A program made the translations under genes and the position numbers. DNA of 64,000 bases from Fibrobacteria bacterium. Its GTDB lineage: Bacteria; Fibrobacterota; Fibrobacteria; UBA11236. Location: assembly GCA_043745805.1 (NCBI GenBank), contig JAYTSD010000008.1, forward strand, positions 192,001-256,000. The letters are read 5' to 3'. Below are positions 9,055 to 20,935 of this stretch, in pieces (position 1 is the first letter of the stretch; each line of letters begins with the position of its first letter). The notes under the pieces were generated by a model. It had not been told where the DNA came from. It did no database searches and saw nothing but the letters and a program-made list of their open reading frames with translations.

Positions 9055-10254
9055 CTACTTTTTATCCGTAAGCGCTGCTACACCAGGCAAAATCTTGCCT
9101 TCGAGGAATTCCAAGGAAGCGCCGCCACCTGTGGACACATGCGAAACTTTATCTTCCAAATGCAACTGCTCAATTGCCGCTGCGGAATCACCACCACCAA
9201 TAACGGTGATACCACCCTTTGCGGTGGCTTCGGTCAAAGCTTTGGCTACGCCAAAAGTTCCCGCCGCACTCGCTTCAATTTCAAAAACGCCCATCGGGCC
9301 ATTCCAACAAACAGTTTTAGCTTCGCGAATAATATCGCTAAATAAAGTCACTGATTTTGGACCAATGTCTACAGATTCTTTATCGGTAGGGATGCCATTA
9401 TAATCCACGGCACTAATACTACCCAGAGTACGCGCACCAAAATCCAAATTGTCCGTAACTACAAAGTCAACCGGCAATTGAATTTTGCCTTTACCTTTTT
9501 CGAGTAATGATTTTGCTAATTCGAGTTTATCATTTTCAACCAAGGATTTTCCAATTTCTACGCCTTGGCTTTTCATAAAAGTATAAGCCATGCCACCGCC
9601 AATAATAAGCTTGTCCACTTTAGGGAGTAACGCTTGTATGACGTCAATTTTTCCGGAGATTTTTGATCCCCCGATAATCGCTACAAAAGGACGCTTAGGA
9701 TTATCTAAGGCACCGCCTAAAAAATCCAATTCTTTTTTCATCAAATAGCCAGAAGCATTTTGACTAAAATAATGGGTGATGCCTTCGGTGGAAGCATGCG
9801 CACGATGCGCGCTGCCGAAAGCATCATTCACATAAATATCAGCGAGTGAGGCTAGCTTTTTAGCAAACCCCGCATCATTAGCTTCTTCCTCTGCATAAAA
9901 ACGCAGATTTTCAAGCAACAACACTTCGCCTTCTTTTAATTCTTGCACGGCTTTTTCCACATCGGGGCCTATGCAATCTTTGGTGCTTTTTACCGAAATA
10001 CCAAGTAATTCACTCAGTGCTTTAGCCACTGGAGCCATGCGCATGCTTTCATTCACCTTCCCTTTGGGACGGCCTAAATGAGACATGAGTAAGGTCTTAG
10101 CGCCTTGGGCGATTAAGTAACGAATAGTAGGCAAGGACTCGCGTAAACGCTTATCACTTTCCACCGTTTCGCCTTTGAGAGGAACATTAAAGTCCACTCT
10201 CACAATTACTTTTTTGCCTTTTAATTGCAAATCTTCGATAAAAAGCTTGGCCAT
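9055..10254 (-). CDS. pgk: Phosphoglycerate kinase
   Basis: RVDFNVP, SHLGRP, LLENLRF, WNGPMGVFE and HVSTGGGASLE. Confidence 0.98.
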   Translation of the reverse strand: MAKLFIEDLQLKGKKVIVRVDFNVPLKGETVESDKRLRESLPTIRYLIAQGAKTLLMSHLGRPKGKVNESMRMAPVAKALSELLGISVKSTKDCIGPDVEKAVQELKEGEVLLLENLRFYAEEEANDAGFAKKLASLADIYVNDAFGSAHRAHASTEGITHYFSQNASGYLMKKELDFLGGALDNPKRPFVAIIGGSKISGKIDVIQALLPKVDKLIIGGGMAYTFMKSQGVEIGKSLVENDKLELAKSLLEKGKGKIQLPVDFVVTDNLDFGARTLGSISAVDYNGIPTDKESVDIGPKSVTLFSDIIREAKTVCWNGPMGVFEIEASAAGTFGVAKALTEATAKGGITVIGGGDSAAAIEQLHLEDKVSHVSTGGGASLEFLEGKILPGVAALTDKK

Positions 10255-10257
10255 GAT

Positions 10258-11268
<1,011 letters not shown>

Positions 11269-11297
11269 CTAGTGAGTCTTGTTAAGAACGCAAATAT

Positions 11298-11318
11298 AAA
11301 AAACGCAGGCCAGCCTGC
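11298..11318 (-). terminator. Possible intrinsic terminator after the FHA-SLT gene
   Basis: On the minus strand GCAGG-CTGG-CCTGC is followed by GTTTTTT. Confidence 0.45.
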
Positions 11319-11333
11319 AAGCCACTAATCGTT

Positions 11334-12926
11334 TTAAGGACTTAACCCATAGCGCGCACGATTTTTATCAATGATCATGGTTGCAATAATTTTTGGAACA
11401 TATTCATTAGTTTCAGCGGCAAGCGAACCCATGCGATAAATATACCAGAAGTCGCGATTATTAACGGGATCGTCAATACGGCGCAAAGCCTTGCGAATAG
11501 TGCCTTCCCCTGCGTTATAGGCAGCCATGGCTAAAGCAACATCTCCAAATTCAGCATAAAGCGTTTTTAAATATTTTACTCCCGAAGCGGTTGAAAGCAC
11601 TGGATCAGTGCGTTGATCTTCTTCTGGTGGCAAATTTTGCCAGTTCTCGGGCACACGTAAACCATAATCACGGCCTGTTTGCGGCATAAATTGCCAAATT
11701 CCTCTAGCGCCAGCCTTACTCACAATCACAGGATTTAAACAACTTTCATGCATGGCTAAGTACAAAAAAGCAATAGGCATACCCTGCTTAGTTAATTCAT
11801 TTTCGATAATAGTTTCATATTTACTTTTATTTGCAAAAGCACTTTCAATAATGCGGCGCGTGCCCGTTTTGGTAAAAGTGTAAATATGCTTTTCCACTTG
11901 GGAGATAAAAATATCCGGTACTATATAATTTTCTTTTCCAAAGCCTTGAAGGATGGTGTGAATCTCTCGTCCCAAGGGATTTTTATAGGTATTAATTAAA
12001 TCCTTAGAATTTAAATTGCTACGCACCGACATGAGTTGTCTTTCCGCCGCACGCAGCTTGGCTACAAGTTGCGCTCTTTCTTCATCGGTTTCACCACTAG
12101 CGCCATCAAGTGTTGGACGCACGGCTTGTTCGCGCGCGAGTTCATTTTCTAATTCATGTATGTCGGTTACCAAATGTTCTTGTTTTTTTAATTTTCCGCG
12201 ATAGCCCATGTTTTGATAAGCCAAAAGAGAAACAATAATCAAAGCCACACCGGTTATACTAAGAGTAATAGTTAAACCTTTTTTGCGTGAAGAAGAATAA
12301 GCCATTGAAGCCGATTGAATCATACGCGCATCTTTTTGTCCTAAGACACCACTTTGAACTAAGCGGGCCGCACGTTTTTTGTCCTTTAATAAATCATGTA
12401 CTTCCTGATGATCCACTTCATCATTTTTAAAACGATGAGCAAGGCCAATGGTATAATTGCCCGCATCCCCCAAACTCGAATTGGGTGGATTAGAAAAATC
12501 GGGTTTACTTTTGTTTCGAGGTCGATTTTCAGGAGGTGGAAAAGCTGCGGGAATATCTCTGCCGCGCACCAATGTTTCAGTGACCGGCATATTTCCTAAA
12601 ACTCTAAATTTGGGTCCATTCTGTCCCAAGCTCACAATGTCATTAAATTTTAATGCAACCCTATCTATTCTTTCGCCATTTACAAAAGTGCCATTGCGAC
12701 TTCCCATATCGGTGAGTATTAAATTATCGCCTTCGGGTGCTATGGAGGCATGCATACTGGAAACTAAGGTGCCATCTGGCCCAGAAAAACATAAAGTAGA
12801 TTCACCAGCTCTGCCCAAAGTGATCTCTCCTGTGACTTTCATTTTTTTTCCAACTTGATTGCCAGAAATCACTTGTAGAAAAAATTCATTCACTTGATTA
12901 TCACTCCCTAGATTTTTCAAAATCAC
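11334..12926 (-). CDS. FHA domain-TM-coiled coil-lytic transglycosylase (SLT/MltD-like) fusion
   Basis: FHA motifs TLGR, VSSMHA and DMGSRNGTFVNG; TM LTITLSITGVALIIVSLLAY; SLT motifs MHESC, AGARGIWQFMPQTG, AAYNAGEG and ETNEYVPK; start uncertain. Confidence 0.88.
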   Translation of the reverse strand: MILKNLGSDNQVNEFFLQVISGNQVGKKMKVTGEITLGRAGESTLCFSGPDGTLVSSMHASIAPEGDNLILTDMGSRNGTFVNGERIDRVALKFNDIVSLGQNGPKFRVLGNMPVTETLVRGRDIPAAFPPPENRPRNKSKPDFSNPPNSSLGDAGNYTIGLAHRFKNDEVDHQEVHDLLKDKKRAARLVQSGVLGQKDARMIQSASMAYSSSRKKGLTITLSITGVALIIVSLLAYQNMGYRGKLKKQEHLVTDIHELENELAREQAVRPTLDGASGETDEERAQLVAKLRAAERQLMSVRSNLNSKDLINTYKNPLGREIHTILQGFGKENYIVPDIFISQVEKHIYTFTKTGTRRIIESAFANKSKYETIIENELTKQGMPIAFLYLAMHESCLNPVIVSKAGARGIWQFMPQTGRDYGLRVPENWQNLPPEEDQRTDPVLSTASGVKYLKTLYAEFGDVALAMAAYNAGEGTIRKALRRIDDPVNNRDFWYIYRMGSLAAETNEYVPKIIATMIIDKNRARYGLSP

Positions 12927-13077
12927 TTTTCAATCTGAGGAAAATTATAGCTAATTCAAGATGGAGTGGGAAATTGGCGGCCTAGTCCGCCTGAATAATT
13001 TATAATAATTAGCATTCACCCTTTAACTAATTGGGGTTAGTATTGGTTTTTCCAAAAGCAAATTTTTACGCCTTTAA

Positions 13078-16000
13078 ATGCATATGACAAAAATGCTGAG
13101 GAAAAAATATCTCTATTTCCTTATTCGGTTTGGATTACTCCTTGGATTAATCGGTGCATTATTATTTAACTGTTCCCCACTACAAAAAAAACCCACCTCC
13201 CAAAACATATTCACAACACAAAGCACTGCTGTCGCGAGTAAAAAAAAACCACTTTATCCTCTTAAACCATTTTCCAGTCTAACTTTATTTTCCAAATACC
13301 AGCTAAAAGCAAAATCAGGAGCTTGGGGTGAAAATCCCATCCTTCGAGAAACTCAAGGTTACCCTATAAAAAGCTTACAGCATTTGCTTGCGCCCGAAAT
13401 GCAGTTAAAAATTTTTGCAACCACTTTACCCGCAGAAATGGGGCAGAAAGATTTAGCACGGGCCTTAGCCTATTTATTTAAACTCGATCCTCAAAAGGCA
13501 AATACAAAAAATCAAGAAGGGCCATCTTACTGGATACCTCCTAATGACACATTGAAGCATTTTGGAATTTCAGTGCAAAAAGATAGTCTTCTGTTTTTTC
13601 TCGAAATTACATCCCCTACTTTATTAAACCGCAATGACTTAGGAGTATTGCCTGATCTACAATTAGACTCTCTGGTTGGCGTTTTTAAAATTCCTGCCGA
13701 CACCTTATCCGATAGTTTTTTAGGGGCCATAGAAAATAGCTTAGGCTTAAGTGCTATTGAAGATTCGAGTTGGACACTGGCACATAAACATTTTAACAAA
13801 GCATTGGCCGCAGAAAATAATCCGGTATATTTAATTAATGCCTCGGCCTTGTTTCGACTGCAAAAACATTATGCGGAAGGGATTCATAGTCTATTAAAGT
13901 ATCCTCAATTGTTAGCGCAATCTTCGGAGTTATGTGGAATTCTCGGATCCATTTATGAGGAAGTTAGCGATTTTGAATCTGCCAAAATATGGGCCATTAA
14001 AGCCCTAGAAGGTGATCCACAAAATGCGGAGTGGTTAATTAATCTTTCGGATGCTTTATGGGGCTTAGGCGACAAGGTGCATTCCAAAAATGTGTTGTTG
14101 AAAACTTATCATGAAAGGCCCACCTTTCGTCTTTCAGTTTATTTGGCAGCCACCTATTTAGGCTTGGAAGAATACGATAATGCCAGACAAGTATTATTAC
14201 AAGCCCATAATGATACCCTTCCGTCTCCTCAATCCGCTGAATATTATTTACGCACACTTTATGGATTAAAAGAATATGAAAAAGCCTTGGCATTTTTTCA
14301 AGAAATGGATGAAAAAAATGCAACCGCTAATAGTTTTTTAATCAAAGCCTATTGTGAATTTCATTTAAAAATTTATCAACAGGCCGCAAACTCGGTTAAA
14401 AAAACTCTAGCCTTAATGCCTAGTTTAACGGAGGCGCAACAATTATCTAGTCAAATAGCCGCATTGATGGGAGGTCGCAGTAATCTGATTTTAAAAACCG
14501 CCATTATCCCTTTGAAAAGTGAAAGTACTTTGAAAAATGCTGTGGAAATTTTAGCCGAACCAGCCACGCAAAATCTATTAATGGAATACCCCTTAGTACT
14601 TCTCGATCAACACTATACCTTTGCTTACACCTTGGGACATAAATGGAAAAAAACCTGTTCACAAATTTTTATGATTCCCGATGGAAACAAACTCTTTCGT
14701 TTCTCAGAATTAAATTTTGATCTTAATCCCAACTATGCGCATTTTTATGTGAATACTTTTCGCATTTATAATTTGAATCTCAAGCTAATGGATCAAGGTA
14801 AGTTTTCAGACTATTATGTGACAAAAAATCACAATACCACTTTGCTTCCCGAAAATTTATTGATTCATCTTCCGTTGAAAAATCGTGGTGGACCTTTTTT
14901 ATTAGAAGTAGTAACCACAGAAGAAGCCCAAGCCAACTCGCAAGAATTTCCCTATTTGCGGTATTATCACAGCTACCCCTACCCTGCCTTGCGCAGTAGC
15001 TATGAAATTTTACACCCTCCTAAAGGCCTACTCTTGAATACCTTTGGAGAAACCGATATTGATTCATTGGGTGGTCATCTAATTGTGCGTATGCCTAATT
15101 TAAGTTTACCCATCGCCAGTACGTTTAGTCCCGATGTAGATGAATTTTCTAGTGGATTTTCACTGTCCCCTTTTAAAACATGGAAGGAAATTGGAAAAAA
15201 TTATACCGCCTTGCTTCCTAAAGCCAATTTATGGGTAGATTCTATACCACTTTCGGTACGCGAAAAGGCGCAAGAAATTCTCGACACACATCGGGGCATC
15301 GACCCTGTATTAGCGCTATTTCAATATGTAAGAGACTCTATTCATTACAATAATTTCGAATTTAATTTGAATGCTCTCATTCCCGAAAAACCCGAAGCTG
15401 TTTTGGTAAAAGGTTTTGCCGATTGCAAAGGCCATGCATTACTCCTCTATCAACTTTTACGCGCACGGAATATTCCCGCAGAACTTTGCCTTATAAGTTT
15501 ATCGCATATTGGTGATCCCGCTCAACCTAGTTTAGATCAATTTAATCATATGATTGTGCATATTCCTTCCTTCAGTAAAAACCTAGATGGGTATTTAGAT
15601 GCCACGGAAAAAATGGCCGCATTTAGACGGAGTCCCCTGGGCTTAGAGGGAAGAAACGCCTTAATTGTAGACGGAAATAATTCACGTTTAGTTACCCTAC
15701 CTATTTTAGATAGTATCGCCGAGCATCGTGTAGAAGTTTATCATAGCGTACAAATCGATAGATTTTTAATGGCTACGCAAAAAGACAGTATTGTACTTAC
15801 GGGGAAAATTGCGGCGGGATTTCGTGAACAACTTGTGCATTGGAATAACAATACCAAAAATCAAAAATTATTAAGCTGGCTCGCTGAAAGTTATCCCAAT
15901 TTTTCGGAAGAAAAATTTGAAATTTTGAATGGCGATAAACCCGATGAACCTTTAATTTTACAATTTCGCTGCAAAAGAAAATTTCTAATGCAAAGTAATA

Positions 16001-16356
16001 ATCAAGCCTTCGAATATTTTCCCAATTTAGAACTGAGTTTTTTGCGTTATCCCAAATCTAAAAATCGAAAATCTCCCTTTTATTTTCCCCATGCGGTGCA
16101 AATTCATTCGCAATGGATTTATCGTATTCCTCAAGGGTTTCAGTGGAAATCCTTGAATCTTGACCGTGAAATTAAAGAGCAAAATTTGCATTGGATGCTT
16201 TCAATTCAACAAACTCAAAACGAGCAAATTCAAATTGCACAAACTTGGGATATTGAACCTTTTATAGCAGAACCTGATGAATATGAAAAGATTCAAGCCG
16301 CATGGGATTCTATTCTCAGTCGCGCTGGACTCAAACTCATGCTCTCTAAGCTATAA
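13078..16356 (+). CDS. Large lipoprotein with TPR repeats and a transglutaminase-like (DUF3857-type) module
   Basis: Lipobox LLFNC; TPR-like helices; Cys-His-Asp triad in ADCKGHA, FNHMIV and YLDAT. Confidence 0.78.
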   Translation: MHMTKMLRKKYLYFLIRFGLLLGLIGALLFNCSPLQKKPTSQNIFTTQSTAVASKKKPLYPLKPFSSLTLFSKYQLKAKSGAWGENPILRETQGYPIKSLQHLLAPEMQLKIFATTLPAEMGQKDLARALAYLFKLDPQKANTKNQEGPSYWIPPNDTLKHFGISVQKDSLLFFLEITSPTLLNRNDLGVLPDLQLDSLVGVFKIPADTLSDSFLGAIENSLGLSAIEDSSWTLAHKHFNKALAAENNPVYLINASALFRLQKHYAEGIHSLLKYPQLLAQSSELCGILGSIYEEVSDFESAKIWAIKALEGDPQNAEWLINLSDALWGLGDKVHSKNVLLKTYHERPTFRLSVYLAATYLGLEEYDNARQVLLQAHNDTLPSPQSAEYYLRTLYGLKEYEKALAFFQEMDEKNATANSFLIKAYCEFHLKIYQQAANSVKKTLALMPSLTEAQQLSSQIAALMGGRSNLILKTAIIPLKSESTLKNAVEILAEPATQNLLMEYPLVLLDQHYTFAYTLGHKWKKTCSQIFMIPDGNKLFRFSELNFDLNPNYAHFYVNTFRIYNLNLKLMDQGKFSDYYVTKNHNTTLLPENLLIHLPLKNRGGPFLLEVVTTEEAQANSQEFPYLRYYHSYPYPALRSSYEILHPPKGLLLNTFGETDIDSLGGHLIVRMPNLSLPIASTFSPDVDEFSSGFSLSPFKTWKEIGKNYTALLPKANLWVDSIPLSVREKAQEILDTHRGIDPVLALFQYVRDSIHYNNFEFNLNALIPEKPEAVLVKGFADCKGHALLLYQLLRARNIPAELCLISLSHIGDPAQPSLDQFNHMIVHIPSFSKNLDGYLDATEKMAAFRRSPLGLEGRNALIVDGNNSRLVTLPILDSIAEHRVEVYHSVQIDRFLMATQKDSIVLTGKIAAGFREQLVHWNNNTKNQKLLSWLAESYPNFSEEKFEILNGDKPDEPLILQFRCKRKFLMQSNNQAFEYFPNLELSFLRYPKSKNRKSPFYFPHAVQIHSQWIYRIPQGFQWKSLNLDREIKEQNLHWMLSIQQTQNEQIQIAQTWDIEPFIAEPDEYEKIQAAWDSILSRAGLKLMLSKL

Positions 16357-16458
16357 ACCAAAACCAATCTCGCCTCTTTGTTACAACGACACCGCAAAAC
16401 CCACTACTTGAGCTTTAGTTTATTAAATTTCTTCCAAATCATAATTTCAGGAAATGTT

Positions 16459-18138
16459 ATGTCAAATCGTTTAAATAAATACAGTGCTCGTCTCACCCAA
16501 ACCATTTCACAGCCAGGTTCTAAAGCCATGCTTTATGCCACAGGAATGAAAGAAGAGGATATGGACAAAGCCCAAGTGGGTATTGCCAGCACAGGCTGGG
16601 ATGGTAATCCTTGCAATATGCATCTTAATGATTTGGCGAAGCATGTGAAGCAAAGCGTCAACGAAGAAGGCATGGTAGGCTTAATGTTCCATACCATTGG
16701 GGTTAGCGATGGAATCTCCATGGGAACCGAAGGCATGAATTTCTCTCTGCAATCGCGCGACATTATTGCCGACTCTATCGAAACAGTAACCTGTGCGCAA
16801 TGGTATGATGCGAATATTTCGGTTGTGGGTTGTGACAAAAATATGCCAGGTTCCGTGATGGCAATGGCGCGATTTAATCGCCCGAGTATAATGGTTTATG
16901 GAGGGACGATACTTCCAGGTTACTCTCATGGGAAGCAATTAAATTTAGTTTCAGCTTTTGAAGCCTATGGAGAATTCGTAGCGGGAAAAATTGAAGAGTC
17001 CGAAATGAATGAGGTTTTAAAAAATGCTTGTCCCGGCCAAGGCGCTTGTGGCGGTATGTATACCGCTAATACCATGGCTTCAGCTATTGAAACTTTAGGC
17101 ATGTCACTACCTTATGATTCATCCTCCCCTGCGGTGAGTGATGAAAAGTTTCGCGAATGTTTACGCTTAGGCAAAGCCATTCGTTTGTTGCTAGAACGCG
17201 ATATTAAACCACGTGATATTATGACGCCAAAAGCTTTTGAAAATGCCATGACCATGGTAATTGCTTTAGGCGGATCTACTAATGCCGTTCTGCATTTAAT
17301 TGCTATGGCCAAAGCTGCTCATGTAAAATTAACCATCGATGATTTTCAAAAAGTCAGCGACAAAACCCCTTTCCTTGCCGATTTAAAACCTAGCGGTAAG
17401 TATGTAATGGAAGATTTACATCGCGTAGGCGGTATTCCTGCGGTACAAAAATTATTACTCAAAGAAGGTTTTTTACACGGGGATTGCCTCACCGTAACTG
17501 GCAAAACCTTGGCCGAAAATGTGGAAGAATGTGCTGGCTTGCAAGCTGGACAAGATGTAATTCACCCCGTGTCCAAACCTATGAAGGCCACTGGGCATAT
17601 TCGCATACTTTATGGCAACTTAGCCAAAGAAGGCGCCGTGGCAAAAATTACCGGTAAAGAAGGCTTGTCTTTTACTGGCCCGGCTAAAACTTTTGATTCC
17701 GAAGAAGATTCATTGCATGCTTTAGAACGCAAAGAAATTGTGGCCGGTGATGTAGTTGTTATCCGCTATGAAGGTCCTAAAGGCGGACCGGGCATGAGTG
17801 AAATGTTAACGGTAACCTCGGCTATCATGGGAGCCGGACTCGGTAAATCCGTTGCCCTCATAACCGATGGTCGTTTCTCAGGCGGAACGCATGGCTTTGT
17901 AGTAGGGCATATTACTCCAGAAGCACAAGCTGGTGGTGTTTTGGCAATTCTTAAAAATGGAGATGTGGTTACCATTGATGCGGATAAAAATACTTTGGAT
18001 GTGGATTTAACCGAAGCCGAAATTGCTTCACGTTTTCAAGGCTGGAAAGCCCCTCCTTATAAAATCACTCAAGGCACTTTATACAGGTATATTAAAACCG
18101 TAAGTACCGCTTCTGAAGGTTGCGTTACTGATGAATAA
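16459..18138 (+). CDS. ilvD: Dihydroxy-acid dehydratase
   Basis: [34 protein letters not shown] and [11 protein letters not shown] at 16459 preferred. Confidence 0.97.
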   Translation: MSNRLNKYSARLTQTISQPGSKAMLYATGMKEEDMDKAQVGIASTGWDGNPCNMHLNDLAKHVKQSVNEEGMVGLMFHTIGVSDGISMGTEGMNFSLQSRDIIADSIETVTCAQWYDANISVVGCDKNMPGSVMAMARFNRPSIMVYGGTILPGYSHGKQLNLVSAFEAYGEFVAGKIEESEMNEVLKNACPGQGACGGMYTANTMASAIETLGMSLPYDSSSPAVSDEKFRECLRLGKAIRLLLERDIKPRDIMTPKAFENAMTMVIALGGSTNAVLHLIAMAKAAHVKLTIDDFQKVSDKTPFLADLKPSGKYVMEDLHRVGGIPAVQKLLLKEGFLHGDCLTVTGKTLAENVEECAGLQAGQDVIHPVSKPMKATGHIRILYGNLAKEGAVAKITGKEGLSFTGPAKTFDSEEDSLHALERKEIVAGDVVVIRYEGPKGGPGMSEMLTVTSAIMGAGLGKSVALITDGRFSGGTHGFVVGHITPEAQAGGVLAILKNGDVVTIDADKNTLDVDLTEAEIASRFQGWKAPPYKITQGTLYRYIKTVSTASEGCVTDE

Positions 18139-18201
18139 TGCGATAAATAATTTTTTATCGCTAATACTATCGGTAGTCGATACAGGTTTAGCTGAGGCAA
18201 A

Positions 18202-19398
18202 ATGAAATTGCTTGCACAGCGTGCTTTACGCATTGAGCCTTCGCAAACCGTAGCTATAGATGCCAAGTATAAACAACTTGCCGCTGCGGGTGCTGATATT
18301 ATTAGCTTCGGAGCTGGTGAGCCGGATTTTGAAACTCCCGAACATGCGAAAAAAGCGGCTATTGACTCTATTCAAGCAGGATTTACCCGTTACACTCAAG
18401 TTACTGGAATTCCCGCTTTAAAAACCGCTATTTGCAAAAAACTTTTACAGGATAATGCTTTAACCTATGCGCCTGAACAAATCACCGTATGTAGCGGTAG
18501 CAAACATGCACTGTTTAATGCTTTACTGGCTTTGGTAGAAGAAGGCGATGAGGTTTTAATCCCTGCCCCCTATTGGGTTACCTATCCAGAATTAGTACGC
18601 TTAGCGGGCGGCACACCTATTATCCTTCCCACCACTTTAGAAAATGAATTTAAAATCACCGCCGCACAATTAAACGCCGCAATTACTCCACACAGTAAAT
18701 TATTGATTTTAAATTCCCCTAATAATCCTAGTGGAGCTGTGTATTCTAAGTCCGAGCTTTTCGCTTTAGCAGAAGTTTTAATTGCGAAAGATTTATATTG
18801 CCTCTCGGATGAAATTTATGAATACATCGTTTATGATGAACATAAACATTATAGCATAGCCGCGGTCCATCCAGAAATGCTGGCTCGTAGCGTAATTGTG
18901 AATGGTTTATCCAAGGCTTATGCCATGACTGGTTGGCGTATTGGCTATGTGGCCGCCCCGAAACCTATTGCTAAGGCTATTGCGGCTATTCAAAGCCACG
19001 GCACACATCATCCAGCAAATGTTTCGCAATATGCCGCATTAGCCTGTATCACCGGCGATCAAAATGGCGTGCAGGATATGGTGAAACAGTTTGCTCAACG
19101 TCGGGAATTTGTTTTACAAAACCTCGCACAAATTCCTGAACTAAAAGTCTTTGCGCCTCAAGGTGCCTTTTATGCCTTTTTCAATATTAAAGCCTACTTG
19201 GGAAAATCGCATGAGGGTATTCTCGTAAACAATTCCTTGGATCTCTGTAATTACTTGCTTGACAAATACTTAGTAGTGCTTGTTCCTGGCAGTGGCTTTG
19301 GTTTGGAGGGTTATTTACGCATGTCTTATGCTTCCTCATTGAGCAATTTAAAAAATGGACTAGAGCGCTTAGCCAAGGCTTTGCGGGCATTGCAATAG
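18202..19398 (+). CDS. aspC: Class I PLP aminotransferase (aspartate aminotransferase-like)
   Basis: GAGEPDF, NSPNNPSG, SDEIY and SKAYAMTGWRIG. Confidence 0.88.
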   Translation: MKLLAQRALRIEPSQTVAIDAKYKQLAAAGADIISFGAGEPDFETPEHAKKAAIDSIQAGFTRYTQVTGIPALKTAICKKLLQDNALTYAPEQITVCSGSKHALFNALLALVEEGDEVLIPAPYWVTYPELVRLAGGTPIILPTTLENEFKITAAQLNAAITPHSKLLILNSPNNPSGAVYSKSELFALAEVLIAKDLYCLSDEIYEYIVYDEHKHYSIAAVHPEMLARSVIVNGLSKAYAMTGWRIGYVAAPKPIAKAIAAIQSHGTHHPANVSQYAALACITGDQNGVQDMVKQFAQRREFVLQNLAQIPELKVFAPQGAFYAFFNIKAYLGKSHEGILVNNSLDLCNYLLDKYLVVLVPGSGFGLEGYLRMSYASSLSNLKNGLERLAKALRALQ

Positions 19399-19452
19399 TT
19401 TTTATCATATAATTTCTAAAACTTCAATTAAGAAGTTGCAGAGGATAAGCTT

Positions 19453-20913
19453 ATGGAAAATACCGCTCAAGGTACTCAGCACAAAAACAAACCTCCTGTG
19501 CGATTTGGTGGCTATGCGGTATTCGATCACTTAGGTAAAGGAGGAATGGGCGATGTTTATAAAGCCATTCAACTTGGACTTGATAGAACCGTTGCTTTAA
19601 AAATTCTTCCGCCAACTTTAGCGCGCAGCCGAGAATTTTTAGAAAGATTTTTTTCTGAAGCATATGCTATTTCACGCTTGCAACATCAAAACATTGTCAC
19701 CATATATGATTATGGTGAAGAGCAAGATCAAAAATACATTGCCATGCAATACATTCATGGCCCCACTTTAAGCCAACTCATTCAAGCTGAAAAGCAATTA
19801 GAGTATGGTCGTATTATAAATATTGTGAAACAAATTTGCCGCGGTTTAAAATATGCCCATCAAAACGATATTGTGCATCGCGATATTAAAAGTGGAAATA
19901 TTATGGTGGAACCAGGAGATAAGATTTACATCTCCGATTTTGGAATTGCCAAAGTAATAGATTCGCCTGGAATTACTACTGCGGGTATGACCATGGGTAC
20001 CCCGGAATTTATGTCTCCTGAACAATGCGAAGGCGGTGTGGTGGATGGACAAAGTGATATTTATGGATTAGGAATTATTCTCTATGAAATGGTTGCGGGT
20101 AAGCCCCCCTTTTTAGCAGATTCCCCATTAGCCGTCGCCTATAAACAAGTGCATGAAATCCCTTCTTTATTAGGAAAAATACGTAACGATATTCCACAAC
20201 GCTTGGAACTCATTGCGGCAAAATGCCTAAAGAAAAATAAAGCCGATCGCTACCGCAATGCGGACGAATTATTAAAAGATTTAGATTCCGTTTATTTGGA
20301 TACTCCAAAAAATGAAATGGAAGAAAAGCTTCCAACTACTCCAAATCAAAGAATTACTGATCGTCGTGAAATGCAAAGAAGAGATAGTATAGTAGCCTTT
20401 GCAAAAAGCCAATCTATGCTTTGGGTATTAATAGGCATAACCATTTTATTAGCCGGTATTTTGCTTAAAACTTTTTTCCCCACTTCCTCACAAGGTTTGA
20501 CTTGGGTAGCTTTGCATACGGTACAAGGTGATTTCTTAAATGCAGAAAATGGTCCGATGAAAACCGAATACCTATTCGATGGCAAAAGCAACACCGCATG
20601 GGCGCCTCCCAAGGACATTCGCGAAAATCGTATTTATGTGCAATTAAAAAACAAAACATTTTTAAGCGGCATACTTTTAGAAACCGGCTTTGAAGATGTC
20701 CATTCCGCTTTATACTCCGGTCCACGTTTTGTGACTGTAGAATTAGAAGGCCATAAAAGCATTAAATTATCACTCAATGACACTACTGAACCACAATACT
20801 TTGCATTGAATGGTTTAATCACAGATCATTTCAACTTGGTATTTGAGGGTGCATTTCCACCTGGTCCCATGGCTATTCGTGAAATAAAATTCACGGGCAT
20901 TTTATATGAGTAA
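19453..20913 (+). CDS. Membrane-bound Hanks-type Ser/Thr protein kinase with an extracytoplasmic discoidin/galactose-binding-like domain
   Basis: GKGGMGDVY, VALK, HRDIKSGN, DFG and GTPEFMSPEQ; TM LWVLIGITILLAGILL; LFDGKSNTAW discoidin-like motif. Confidence 0.9.
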   Translation: MENTAQGTQHKNKPPVRFGGYAVFDHLGKGGMGDVYKAIQLGLDRTVALKILPPTLARSREFLERFFSEAYAISRLQHQNIVTIYDYGEEQDQKYIAMQYIHGPTLSQLIQAEKQLEYGRIINIVKQICRGLKYAHQNDIVHRDIKSGNIMVEPGDKIYISDFGIAKVIDSPGITTAGMTMGTPEFMSPEQCEGGVVDGQSDIYGLGIILYEMVAGKPPFLADSPLAVAYKQVHEIPSLLGKIRNDIPQRLELIAAKCLKKNKADRYRNADELLKDLDSVYLDTPKNEMEEKLPTTPNQRITDRREMQRRDSIVAFAKSQSMLWVLIGITILLAGILLKTFFPTSSQGLTWVALHTVQGDFLNAENGPMKTEYLFDGKSNTAWAPPKDIRENRIYVQLKNKTFLSGILLETGFEDVHSALYSGPRFVTVELEGHKSIKLSLNDTTEPQYFALNGLITDHFNLVFEGAFPPGPMAIREIKFTGILYE

Positions 20914-20935
20914 CTCGGAATCAGCAGAGTAACTT

